A DNA stretch of 64,000 bases from Verrucomicrobiota bacterium. Its GTDB lineage: Bacteria > Verrucomicrobiota > Verrucomicrobiia > Limisphaerales > JADLHS01. The stretch is from NCBI GenBank assembly GCA_013140495.1, contig JABFSR010000061.1, positions 17,873 to 81,872 of the forward strand, in the 5' to 3' direction. Below are positions 27,805 to 36,284 of the stretch, piece by piece; positions within the stretch are counted from its first letter, which is position 1, and every line of letters begins with the position of its first letter. Made by a program: the position numbers and the translations under genes. The notes beneath the pieces are model-generated. The model did not search any database. It worked only from the letters and a program-made list of their open reading frames with translations, and was not told the DNA's origin.

Positions 27805-29737
27805 ACTTCTTTAGATCGTCGAAATAGTCTTTCACCGCCCCTTGATAGGCGCGCGGGACTTTTTCCTGACTGAGCGCGCTTTGCGCATCCGATTGCGCGG
27901 CGGCGGCGGCTTCTTCGTAGGCGACTTTGCTTGTGCCTTTGATGCTGACGCCTTTCAACGTGATGCTCGGCATCTGACCACCCGGTGAAAACTGGCCTTT
28001 GACTTTGTCTGGCGTGAGTTGATCGCTGAGGGTCTGGTCGCGTTCGGTGATGCCGCGCGCGTCCTGATCAGCGCGTTTGACTCCGGTATTGTCCCAACGA
28101 TCACTCCATTGACCGTCATACCAGGCGTTGTCGTCCGCCCAAGTACCCACGCCGCTGCCGGGTTTGCCGCCGGGCTTTTGTCCCATGCCAGGTTTGTTGC
28201 ACGCGCCCCAACTCTGGCAGTTGCCCACGCACAACGAAGCGGTTTTCAAATTCTGCATCGCTTCCTTCAACGCCTCGGCATCGGCCATCTGCTGCATCAT
28301 CTTGTCAAGTTCCTTGGCGGCGTCGGCGAGAGACTGCGAAGCGCTGGGCTTGTCGCCTTGTTGCATTTGCTTTGCACCCTGCTTCAACAAGTCCTGAACC
28401 TTGCCATATTCCTTGGCCTGCGGAATGGCCTGCGAAACTTCCTCCATGATTTTCTTCATCTGCTCCTGGGAGATCAGGCCGGACTTCAACTGCTCTGCGA
28501 GTTTGTTCAACGTCTGAGCCGCCGCATCGGCCTGCCCGAACTTAAGTTGTTCGGCGAGGTCTTTGCCAAGTTTGTCAGCCTGGGCCTGCATCTGTTGAAG
28601 CTGCTTCGCCATGTCGCGCGTCTTTTCAAGATCGTTCAGGGCTTCATTCAAATCCTTGAGTGCGCGATCCGTCTGGTTGGCGGCGAGTGCGGCAATGGCT
28701 TCGTCCAATTGCGGGAGATTCAATCCCATCTGCTGCGCCTGTTGAGAAAGAGAACTGAGTGATTTCGAAAGCTGCTGTTTGTCGGCTTCGGTGCCGCCGC
28801 CGCCGTTCTTGTCGCCCAGCGCCTTCGCAGCCTCCTGAAGCTTTTCCAGATCCTTTTGCAACTTGTCCATCGCTTCTGGACTGCCGGTCTGGTTGCCGAG
28901 TTTTTTCTGCAACGACTCCATCTGCTTCTGCAAACCCGCCGCCTTCTGCGCATCCTTGCCGCCAGGAGAACGTGCGGCCTGTTCAAGTTTCTGAATGGCC
29001 GGGTCCTTGGCGATCTCCTTGAGCTGGTCCTTGAGTTTCTCCGTGGCGTTAGCGAGGTCTTTCAACGCCTCGCTGCGGGTGAGGTTCGCCTTCGCAAGCT
29101 GGTCGCCGAGTTCGGCGACGGATAGCATGGTTTTCTCGGTGGTTTCAAGCGTGGGCTTGCGCTGTTGAAGTTCGTGACGCGTGAGGTTGGCAAGCTGGCG
29201 ACCCGTATCCTTGATGATCTTTTTGTCAGCTACCTTTTGTTTGTCAGCCTTGGTGCGGTACTCAGGAACAAAACCAAGCCCTACGGCAAGCATCAACACG
29301 AGCAACGCCCAGCGCGTGACCTTGGGTAAAGAAAAACGCACGAGCTTCTGCGGATCAATTTCCTGAACGTGTGAGGCAGCGTCGGCCAAAACGAGTTGCT
29401 CCCACCGGGATGTTTCGCGTTCGTCGGAAAATTCGATCGCGGTGCTGAGACGTTCCTTGAGATTTTGTTTCACATCCACCCAGCGGGCGGTTTCGGCAAG
29501 CGTGAATTTGCGCCAGCCACCGATGATGAACCCGAGCAACGCACATCCGCCAGCGACCAGACCAGACCAGAAAAGGGTTTCTTCCGGAATCGGTCGAAGT
29601 TTGAAAACGCCGAGAGCCAGGAGATAAACTGCGGCGCCGACAAGCAGACCGACCCACAACCCTCGCAACGCGCGATCCCAGCGCCGTCGCCGGGCTGCTC
29701 GTTCGAGCGCACCTTGGATTATCTGGAGTTCGCTCAT
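27803..29737 (-). CDS. membrane protein with a long coiled-coil/low-complexity ectodomain, hypothetical
   Basis: Track ORF 27803..29890, with the start moved to MSELQIIQGALERAARRRRW. It has 3-4 TM helices, then a K/Q/A/L-rich coiled coil, and a C-terminal VPRAYQGAVKDYFDDLKK. Confidence 0.65.
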   Translation of the reverse strand: MSELQIIQGALERAARRRRWDRALRGLWVGLLVGAAVYLLALGVFKLRPIPEETLFWSGLVAGGCALLGFIIGGWRKFTLAETARWVDVKQNLKERLSTAIEFSDERETSRWEQLVLADAASHVQEIDPQKLVRFSLPKVTRWALLVLMLAVGLGFVPEYRTKADKQKVADKKIIKDTGRQLANLTRHELQQRKPTLETTEKTMLSVAELGDQLAKANLTRSEALKDLANATEKLKDQLKEIAKDPAIQKLEQAARSPGGKDAQKAAGLQKQMESLQKKLGNQTGSPEAMDKLQKDLEKLQEAAKALGDKNGGGGTEADKQQLSKSLSSLSQQAQQMGLNLPQLDEAIAALAANQTDRALKDLNEALNDLEKTRDMAKQLQQMQAQADKLGKDLAEQLKFGQADAAAQTLNKLAEQLKSGLISQEQMKKIMEEVSQAIPQAKEYGKVQDLLKQGAKQMQQGDKPSASQSLADAAKELDKMMQQMADAEALKEAMQNLKTASLCVGNCQSWGACNKPGMGQKPGGKPGSGVGTWADDNAWYDGQWSDRWDNTGVKRADQDARGITERDQTLSDQLTPDKVKGQFSPGGQMPSITLKGVSIKGTSKVAYEEAAAAAQSDAQSALSQEKVPRAYQGAVKDYFDDLKK

Positions 29738-29823
29738 GTGTTGATGCCAGTTTGGTTTAGACAGCAAACCTTTGCCAGCAATCAAAATAACTTTTTTAAC
29801 GTGAGCATTCCGCGCGGGCCCGG

Positions 29824-30447
29824 TCAAATTTGATCTTGAGGCCTGGTGTTTTCCTGCGGTTTCGGCCCGGGCCGGAAGGCGGAATACCATTTCTGGATCA
29901 CGCGTACAAAACCGGCATCAAGCCTGCGACTGAACACTTCGAGACAGGAGATTCCCCTGCGTGCTGTGACGCCGAGCACGGCGAATACGAGGAGCACGGC
30001 AATGATCCGGTTCTGCCAGCCGTCCAACTGCCATTGGCCTTTCCACATCCAGACCGGATGCCGCGAAACGGGTTCACCATACAGGATCGGCCAGATGTCT
30101 CCCGGCGTGGGCCCGCGCGACGCAATGAAATCGCACAGCAAATGGAGATGAAACATGGCGAGGCAAAGCAAAGCCGTCCGCCAGCGTTGTCGCGCCAGAC
30201 AAGCAAAGGCGAGCGTGAAGACGATCGCCGCCGGCCAGCCGTGCCCGAGGTAATGATGATAACGCTGGTAATAGAAGAATGTGGTGGGTTCGCCGGTGGC
30301 AATTGACTTCACCACGTCTGCAATCATGCCGAAGCCGTCAATGTCCGGGATGACACCCGCGATGGTGATGAGACGCCGGTCGCGAGGGTTTTCTGTCGTC
30401 GCAACTGCGACGAGCCAGCTTGCCATGAAGTGAATGAGCGGGGACAT
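29824..30447 (-). CDS. membrane-bound metal-dependent hydrolase (YdjM/DUF457-like)
   Basis: Track ORF. It is polytopic with conserved His/Asp residues (IPDIDGFG, HHYLGHG, HLHLLCDF). Confidence 0.65.
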   Translation of the reverse strand: MSPLIHFMASWLVAVATTENPRDRRLITIAGVIPDIDGFGMIADVVKSIATGEPTTFFYYQRYHHYLGHGWPAAIVFTLAFACLARQRWRTALLCLAMFHLHLLCDFIASRGPTPGDIWPILYGEPVSRHPVWMWKGQWQLDGWQNRIIAVLLVFAVLGVTARRGISCLEVFSRRLDAGFVRVIQKWYSAFRPGPKPQENTRPQDQI

Positions 30448-30588
30448 AGCGTCGTTGATTCAAACGGAAGATGGAGAAGTTGAGAAGAGAAAAGCGCACA
30501 TGGAAATCGGGTGGCGATGAGAAGCGCGGGCAGGTGGGCCGTTGAAACTGGAAACATGCGAGCGCCGGCAAGGATCCGGGTGCTCAGA

Positions 30589-32622
30589 TCAGTTCTTTTG
30601 CACCGAGTCCAGAGGCAACGAAATGCGGACGATGCCAGAGTGGCCGGTTTTTGGCGCGACGATTTCCAGTTTGCCATGGTGCGTCTCGATGATTTTTCGG
30701 CAGACCGTGAGACCGAGACCGAGGCCAACGTTGCGCGTGGTGAAAAACGGGGCCGACGCCTTTTGCATGGCCTCCGCAGTAAAACCGCCGCCGTTATCCT
30801 GAACCTCGATCTGCAACCCGCCCGGAGAACTGCCGTTGCCTTCAGCATCAAGCCGGACGCCGACTTTCGGTTCCGTGGGATTGGCCTGAAGCGCGTTGAT
30901 CAAAACTTCCGTGAGCGCGTATTTGAGCGCGGCGCGGTCTCCCGTGACGAACGCAGGCGCGCCTCCGTTGTCGTATTTGAGTTGTGCCGCCTTGGCGGGT
31001 TGATACTTGCGCGCCTCCTGGAAAGCCTCCTCGATCAGCGGTGAAACAGCGAAATGTTCCTGAGTGGTGATCGAGTCACGCGCAAGGAACCGCATCTGGT
31101 TGATGAGGCGTGTGACACGCTTCACGCCGTCGGCCAGCGCGGCATCGAGCGACGCGCGGAATTCCGCATCGCGATACTTCTCGGCGAGCAACTGCTGGTG
31201 CGTGGAGAGCGGCACCATGGCGTTGCCGACCTCGTGAGCAAGACGGTCGGCCATGGATTTGATGAGCCGCAGGTTGGTCGCTTCGAGTTCGAGCCGCTTC
31301 ATCTGCTCGGACTGCGTGAGATCTTCCACGGTGAGCAACGCAGACGCGGGTCGTCCGTTCTGCTGCTGGAACGGAATAGCGCTGACGCCGTAAATGACAC
31401 CGGGGTTCGCGCCTTCCGGCTCGTACCGGAAAGGCGTGACGGCCGCACCGGTACGCAACACCTGGTAAACTTTTGCAGCGATGACCTCCGGCAAATCGCT
31501 GAATTCCATCTCGCCGCCAGAGCGCGAAGAGCCGAAATACTTTCGCGACATTTTGTTCGCGTGAAGAATTTTCAAGTCGTTTCCGACGACGACGCACGCG
31601 CTGCTCAGTTCGCGGAGCACACCGGTCATCATGTCGTTGTTGGCCGCGAGCTGGCCGTGCAACCAGATGTTGCGAATGGCGAGTGCAAGGTGTTCGAGCA
31701 GGTGATAAATCAGTTCCAACTCGGCGTTGACGAGCGCCTCACCCGTGATGCGTCCATCGAAAACAGCCACACCGATGAGGGATTCGCGGTCCATGATTGG
31801 CACGGCCACCTGACCGCCGAGCAGTTCAAACTCGCGTTGCGTGTCGGCGCTGGAACGGGCCTCGTCGCTGTTGCGACGCAGGATACGGCCCAGACGCTGC
31901 AACTGCGCTCCCAGGCCGGATTCGAGTGAAAGCGCACACTGATCGAGCAGTCCCTGTGGAACTCCAATCGAACAGGCGGCCCGCAGACGGCGGCTTTCCT
32001 CGGGCGAGGCCGCGTTGCCAAAAACCCCCTCGGCTGGACGAAGGAAAATGACCGCACGATTGATGCTGACGATCTCGCGCAGTTGTATCAGGAACTGCCG
32101 GAGCAACGCATCGGAGTCGAGCGAGTGGGAAAGAATGGATGAAAAGTTTTTCAGCACGCTGATGGTCTGCGCCGTGCCCGGGGAAACCGTCGCAGCGGAA
32201 GACAAATCAGAAACCGCTTCGGTGCGGGGAGCAAAAGGCGGGCTGGACGACGCAACTGAAGGCACGGCAAAGATGCGATGCAACACGGTTTCGAGAACGC
32301 GCGGACGCACGGGCTTGGTCAGGACGTGATTGACGCCGCGCAGGTACGCCTCCTCCTCCCACTCGGATTGCTTTTCGCCGGTGTAAACGATGAATGGACA
32401 CTTTGCGTTGTGCTTGCGCAACCGCTCGATCATCCAGATGCCTTGAACGCCGGTAAGTTCCACATCCACGATGCAGGCCTGCGCGAGCGAGTGAACAATG
32501 AACGGCTCGGCGTCCTCCGAGTTGACCCGATGAATGACGCGATATTCCGTCGAACCCAAAGCGACGCGGATTGTTTCAGCGATCTCAGGGTGTGGAGAGA
32601 TGACCAATAAGGTTTTCATCAT
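30589..32622 (-). CDS. hybrid sensor histidine kinase (N-terminal receiver-like domain, GAF, PAS, HisKA, HATPase_c)
   Basis: Track ORF 30589..32703, with the start moved to MMKTLLVIS. H-box RLAHEVGNAM, N-box LTEVLINALQA, G-boxes VQDNGGGF and GLGLGLTVCRKIIETHHGKLEI. Confidence 0.85.
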   Translation of the reverse strand: MMKTLLVISPHPEIAETIRVALGSTEYRVIHRVNSEDAEPFIVHSLAQACIVDVELTGVQGIWMIERLRKHNAKCPFIVYTGEKQSEWEEEAYLRGVNHVLTKPVRPRVLETVLHRIFAVPSVASSSPPFAPRTEAVSDLSSAATVSPGTAQTISVLKNFSSILSHSLDSDALLRQFLIQLREIVSINRAVIFLRPAEGVFGNAASPEESRRLRAACSIGVPQGLLDQCALSLESGLGAQLQRLGRILRRNSDEARSSADTQREFELLGGQVAVPIMDRESLIGVAVFDGRITGEALVNAELELIYHLLEHLALAIRNIWLHGQLAANNDMMTGVLRELSSACVVVGNDLKILHANKMSRKYFGSSRSGGEMEFSDLPEVIAAKVYQVLRTGAAVTPFRYEPEGANPGVIYGVSAIPFQQQNGRPASALLTVEDLTQSEQMKRLELEATNLRLIKSMADRLAHEVGNAMVPLSTHQQLLAEKYRDAEFRASLDAALADGVKRVTRLINQMRFLARDSITTQEHFAVSPLIEEAFQEARKYQPAKAAQLKYDNGGAPAFVTGDRAALKYALTEVLINALQANPTEPKVGVRLDAEGNGSSPGGLQIEVQDNGGGFTAEAMQKASAPFFTTRNVGLGLGLTVCRKIIETHHGKLEIVAPKTGHSGIVRISLPLDSVQKN

Positions 32623-32919
32623 CGGGATGCGTCGCGTTTGGTCGTGTCTCCTGCAGGTCGCGGGCAAGATCGGATCGTGAAGCATGTGATGAGATTCCGG
32701 CAACTGACAGTCGTGTGACCATTGCCCGAACTGTTACAACTTTTCACCGGATACATCACAGCACTAGTTAATCCCCATCCTCGCCCGCAGGTCAATCAAT
32801 TCTTGCCGTCATTGGCAGGCACAATAGAACACGAGGCCGGAAGTTTGCACAACCGGGTCCTGGCGGAATCTGCAACCGGGGATTCCAGTGAGAAAAACCT
32901 GCCGGGTGACTCAATGGCC

Positions 32920-33954
32920 TCACCACTCAATCACCGCCGCACCCCAGGTCAGACCGGCACCGAACACGACAAGAAGCACAAGATCACCACGGTGAATACG
33001 ACCGGAACTGACAGCCTCATCCAGCGCAATCGCCACGGACGCCGCGCTGGTGTTGCCATAACGGTCCAGGTTTATGAAAAGCTGGTCGGGGCGTGCGTTG
33101 AGACGATCCCCCACGGCGTCAATGATCCGGCGATTCGCCTGGTGCGGGATGATGCACTTCATGTCGGAGACTTTCAGATCGCAACGCCGCAGCGCTTCGG
33201 TGGCCGCGCTGACCATCGCCTGCACAGCGTGCTTGAAGGTTTCCTTGCCTTCCATGCGGAGAAAATGGAGACGCGCATTGACCGATTGCGTTGTGGCCGG
33301 GCAACGGCTGCCGCCGCCGGGCATGTGCAACAGTTCCGCCTTGCTGCCATCCGCGCCCATCACCGCCGTGAGCAGGCCGTGCGAGTTCGAGCGGCTCTGC
33401 AACACCGCGCAACCGGCACCGTCGCCAAACAACACGCAAGTGTTGCGATCCGTCCAATCCACAACGGACGAAAGTTTTTCTGCACCTATGACGATTACGG
33501 TGTCGTAAGTGCGCGACATGATGAACTGCTGCGCGATTTCGAGCCCGTAGATGAACCCCGAGCACGCGGCTTCAAGGTCGAACGCGGCGGCACGGTTCGC
33601 GCCGATCTTCTGCTGTACGAGGCATGCCGTTGAAGGAAACACCATGTCCGGCGTGATGGTGGCTACGATGATGAGGTCCACCTGGTCGGCAGTGACGCCG
33701 GCGGCTTTCATCGCGCGTTGCGCGGCCCGGGCGGCCATGTCCGACGTGAACTCGTCCTTGGCGGCGATGCGGCGTTCCTTGATGCCGGTGCGCGAGGTGA
33801 TCCACTCGTCCGTGGTGTCCACGATTTTTTCGAGTTCGAAATTCGTCATCGCCTTCGCGGGTACGTAGGCTCCAACGCCGGTGATCGAAACGGTGCGACC
33901 CTTGAAGTCGTGCTTGGCGCGGGGATTTTTGAATTTTGGTCTGGTCGTGCTCAT
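32920..33954 (-). CDS. fabH: 3-oxoacyl-ACP synthase III
   Basis: Track ORF. TSRTGIKERRIA, LEAACSGFIYGL (active-site Cys), IPHQANRRII, GNTSAASV. Confidence 0.95.
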   Translation of the reverse strand: MSTTRPKFKNPRAKHDFKGRTVSITGVGAYVPAKAMTNFELEKIVDTTDEWITSRTGIKERRIAAKDEFTSDMAARAAQRAMKAAGVTADQVDLIIVATITPDMVFPSTACLVQQKIGANRAAAFDLEAACSGFIYGLEIAQQFIMSRTYDTVIVIGAEKLSSVVDWTDRNTCVLFGDGAGCAVLQSRSNSHGLLTAVMGADGSKAELLHMPGGGSRCPATTQSVNARLHFLRMEGKETFKHAVQAMVSAATEALRRCDLKVSDMKCIIPHQANRRIIDAVGDRLNARPDQLFINLDRYGNTSAASVAIALDEAVSSGRIHRGDLVLLVVFGAGLTWGAAVIEW

Positions 33955-34985
33955 GATGTGGTGGTGGCTGCCGTTGCCGCTGCGATGCGCTGATTGGCAT
34001 CGGCGATTTTTTTTGCGATGAGATCGTTGATTCCGTGGCGGACTTCCTCCGTCGCGACGCGGATGGCGCTCATGATGGCGCGTTCTCGCGATGAACCGTG
34101 CGCCTTGATGACATTGCCGTTCAATCCGAGCAACACCGCGCCGCCATAAACCTCCGGGTCCATGCGGCGTTTCAACGCGCGAAAGGCGTTCTGGGAAATC
34201 ATCGCGCCAAGTTTGCGGATGGGTGTCGCCGTAAGTTCGCGCTTGAGCAGATGCATCATCGCGTAGCCGAGGCTTTCGGCGGTTTTCAAAACAATGTTGC
34301 CGACGAAGCCATCCGCCACAACGACATCCACGGCGTCGTCGAATAAATCGAACCCCTCGACATAGCCAATGTAGTTGAGATCAAGCTTCGCGCACAACGC
34401 AGAGGCGGCACGGGTAAGGTCGTTACCCTTGGATTCCTCAGAGCCGTTGCTAAGAACCCCGACGCGCGGTTTGGCAAGACCAAGAATTTCCCGCGCGTAG
34501 ATGTCGCCCATCACGGCAAACTGCGCCAGATGCTGGGGTTCACAAACAGGATTCGCACCTGCATCCAGCAAAACAAAGTCGCCATTGCGGGACGGCATTC
34601 GCGCGGTAATGGCAGGTCGCTCCACGCCTTCTATGCGGCGGAGTTTCATGGAGCCGGCCACAAGTGCGCCGGTGTTGCCGGGAGAAATAACGGCATCCGC
34701 CCTGCCCTCGCGAGCCAGTTCGATGGCACGCACCATCGAGGAATCCTTTTTCCTTCGGATGCCCTCGACGGGGTTGTCTTCCATCGTCAACACCTCGGAA
34801 GCGTGGACTATCTCCACGCGGTCACTCGTTAGACCACATGCTGAGAGAGCGGATTTGATTTCGTCCTCTTTGCCGACAAGCAGAATGCTCGTGATACGAT
34901 CGTCGGCTTCGAGGGCTAGTTTGACACCTTGAGCCACGACCACGCAACCGTGGTCGCCGCCCATGACATCCACTGCGATGCGCAT
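33951..34985 (-). CDS. plsX: phosphate acyltransferase
   Basis: Track ORF. MRIAVDVMGGDHG..., SPGNTGALVAGS. Confidence 0.95.
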   Translation of the reverse strand: MRIAVDVMGGDHGCVVVAQGVKLALEADDRITSILLVGKEDEIKSALSACGLTSDRVEIVHASEVLTMEDNPVEGIRRKKDSSMVRAIELAREGRADAVISPGNTGALVAGSMKLRRIEGVERPAITARMPSRNGDFVLLDAGANPVCEPQHLAQFAVMGDIYAREILGLAKPRVGVLSNGSEESKGNDLTRAASALCAKLDLNYIGYVEGFDLFDDAVDVVVADGFVGNIVLKTAESLGYAMMHLLKRELTATPIRKLGAMISQNAFRALKRRMDPEVYGGAVLLGLNGNVIKAHGSSRERAIMSAIRVATEEVRHGINDLIAKKIADANQRIAAATAATTTS

Positions 34986-35024
34986 AACTGAATAATCAGC
35001 AATGCCGCGCGAAGACGCGCGGAA

Positions 35025-35213
35025 TCAAGCGCCGGCAGTGACAGTCAAAACCTGACGGCCCTTGTAGTAGCCGCAGGCCGGACACACGCGGTGCGGAATG
35101 TAAGGCGCGGCGCACTGCGGGCAGGTGCCGAGTTGCGGAAGTTTAAGGACGCTGTTGTAGGCGCGGCGCATCTTCATGCGGCTCGTGGATGGTTTTCTTT
35201 TGGGAACTCCCAT
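35025..35213 (-). CDS. rpmF: 50S ribosomal protein L32
   Basis: Track ORF. MGVPKRKPSTSRMKMRR...CPQCAAPYIPHRVCPACGYY. Confidence 0.95.
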   Translation of the reverse strand: MGVPKRKPSTSRMKMRRAYNSVLKLPQLGTCPQCAAPYIPHRVCPACGYYKGRQVLTVTAGA

Positions 35214-35217
35214 AAAT

Positions 35218-35733
35218 TCAGTTTTTAGGTTTCAGTTTGTCCAGTTCGGCCCAAGGCGATGGAACTTCGTCCGTGCCGTCTTTGCCGTTCGTTTTCTTCT
35301 TTTCAGTGTCCGGTTTCTTCAATCCGCCGCATCCGGGTTTGCACAACGGGTGTTGCGGAAAGCTGAGGAGAATATCTTCCCGCAAATAAGGCGTCAAGTC
35401 CACGCTATCGCTCACAATGGGTGCTTTGTCGTCACCCTCAAGCGGCACAAGACACGTCCATTCGTCCAATTTAACGGTAAATTCAAAGGGTTTGAGGCAA
35501 CGCACGCACTGGCAGTCCAGAACCAGTCTCAAACTTCCACGCACGAGCAGGCTGTCGTCCAGTTTCTGAACTTCCAGCTTGTGACAGAGCGGTTGGTGCG
35601 CCAAAACCATCTCATCCCGGTCATCAAACTCGAGGTCAACCACAGACAGTTCGCCTTCCAGCTTTTGATCGCGGGTGTCAAGATGACGGAGATTGATGAG
35701 CAGGGGCATGGCGGAAATTATTTCTTTGCCCAC
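35218..35733 (-). CDS. yceD: YceD/DUF177 family protein
   Basis: Track ORF. LDCQCVRCLKPF...DLTPYLREDILLSFPQHPLCKPGCGGL. The start could instead be MPLLINL at 35709. Confidence 0.85.
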   Translation of the reverse strand: MGKEIISAMPLLINLRHLDTRDQKLEGELSVVDLEFDDRDEMVLAHQPLCHKLEVQKLDDSLLVRGSLRLVLDCQCVRCLKPFEFTVKLDEWTCLVPLEGDDKAPIVSDSVDLTPYLREDILLSFPQHPLCKPGCGGLKKPDTEKKKTNGKDGTDEVPSPWAELDKLKPKN

Positions 35734-36200
35734 TTGGCCGCAAGCGCGGTTCTAACGTGTGCAGGCACAAACGCGCTGACGTCGCCGCCAAGATGGGCGA
35801 TTTCCTTCACGATCCGTGAACTCAGAAACGTGTACGTGTCCTTGGGCATCATGAAAATGGTTTCAAAACTGTCGTTGAGCGACCGGTTCATCAATGCGAG
35901 CTGAAACTCAAATTCAAAATCCGACACGGCACGCAGTCCGCGCACTACAGCCTGGGCGGACTGCTTCCTGACATAATCCACAAGCAAGCAGTCGAAGGAG
36001 TCGGCTTCCACGTTCTTCAAGCCACGGACGGTTTCCTTGACCAGGGCAACGCGCTCGCTGATCGAAAACAGAGGATGTTTGGCCTCGCTACTGGCCACGG
36101 CCACGACAACACGGTCGAACAAACGAGACGCCCGCTCCACAATGTCGAGATGACCATTGGTGAAGGGATCGAAACTGCCGGGATAAATCGCGGTTCGCAT
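35718..36200 (-). CDS. coaD: pantetheine-phosphate adenylyltransferase
   Basis: Track ORF. MRTAIYPGSFDPFTNGHLDIVERA... Confidence 0.95.
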   Translation of the reverse strand: MRTAIYPGSFDPFTNGHLDIVERASRLFDRVVVAVASSEAKHPLFSISERVALVKETVRGLKNVEADSFDCLLVDYVRKQSAQAVVRGLRAVSDFEFEFQLALMNRSLNDSFETIFMMPKDTYTFLSSRIVKEIAHLGGDVSAFVPAHVRTALAAKWAKK

Positions 36201-36284
36201 GACATGAATTGTAGTGAATGCGAACGTGAAGACGAGGAAGAAATCCGATACTCGAATGACCAGCAGGTTTGCACCCGTCTGTGA

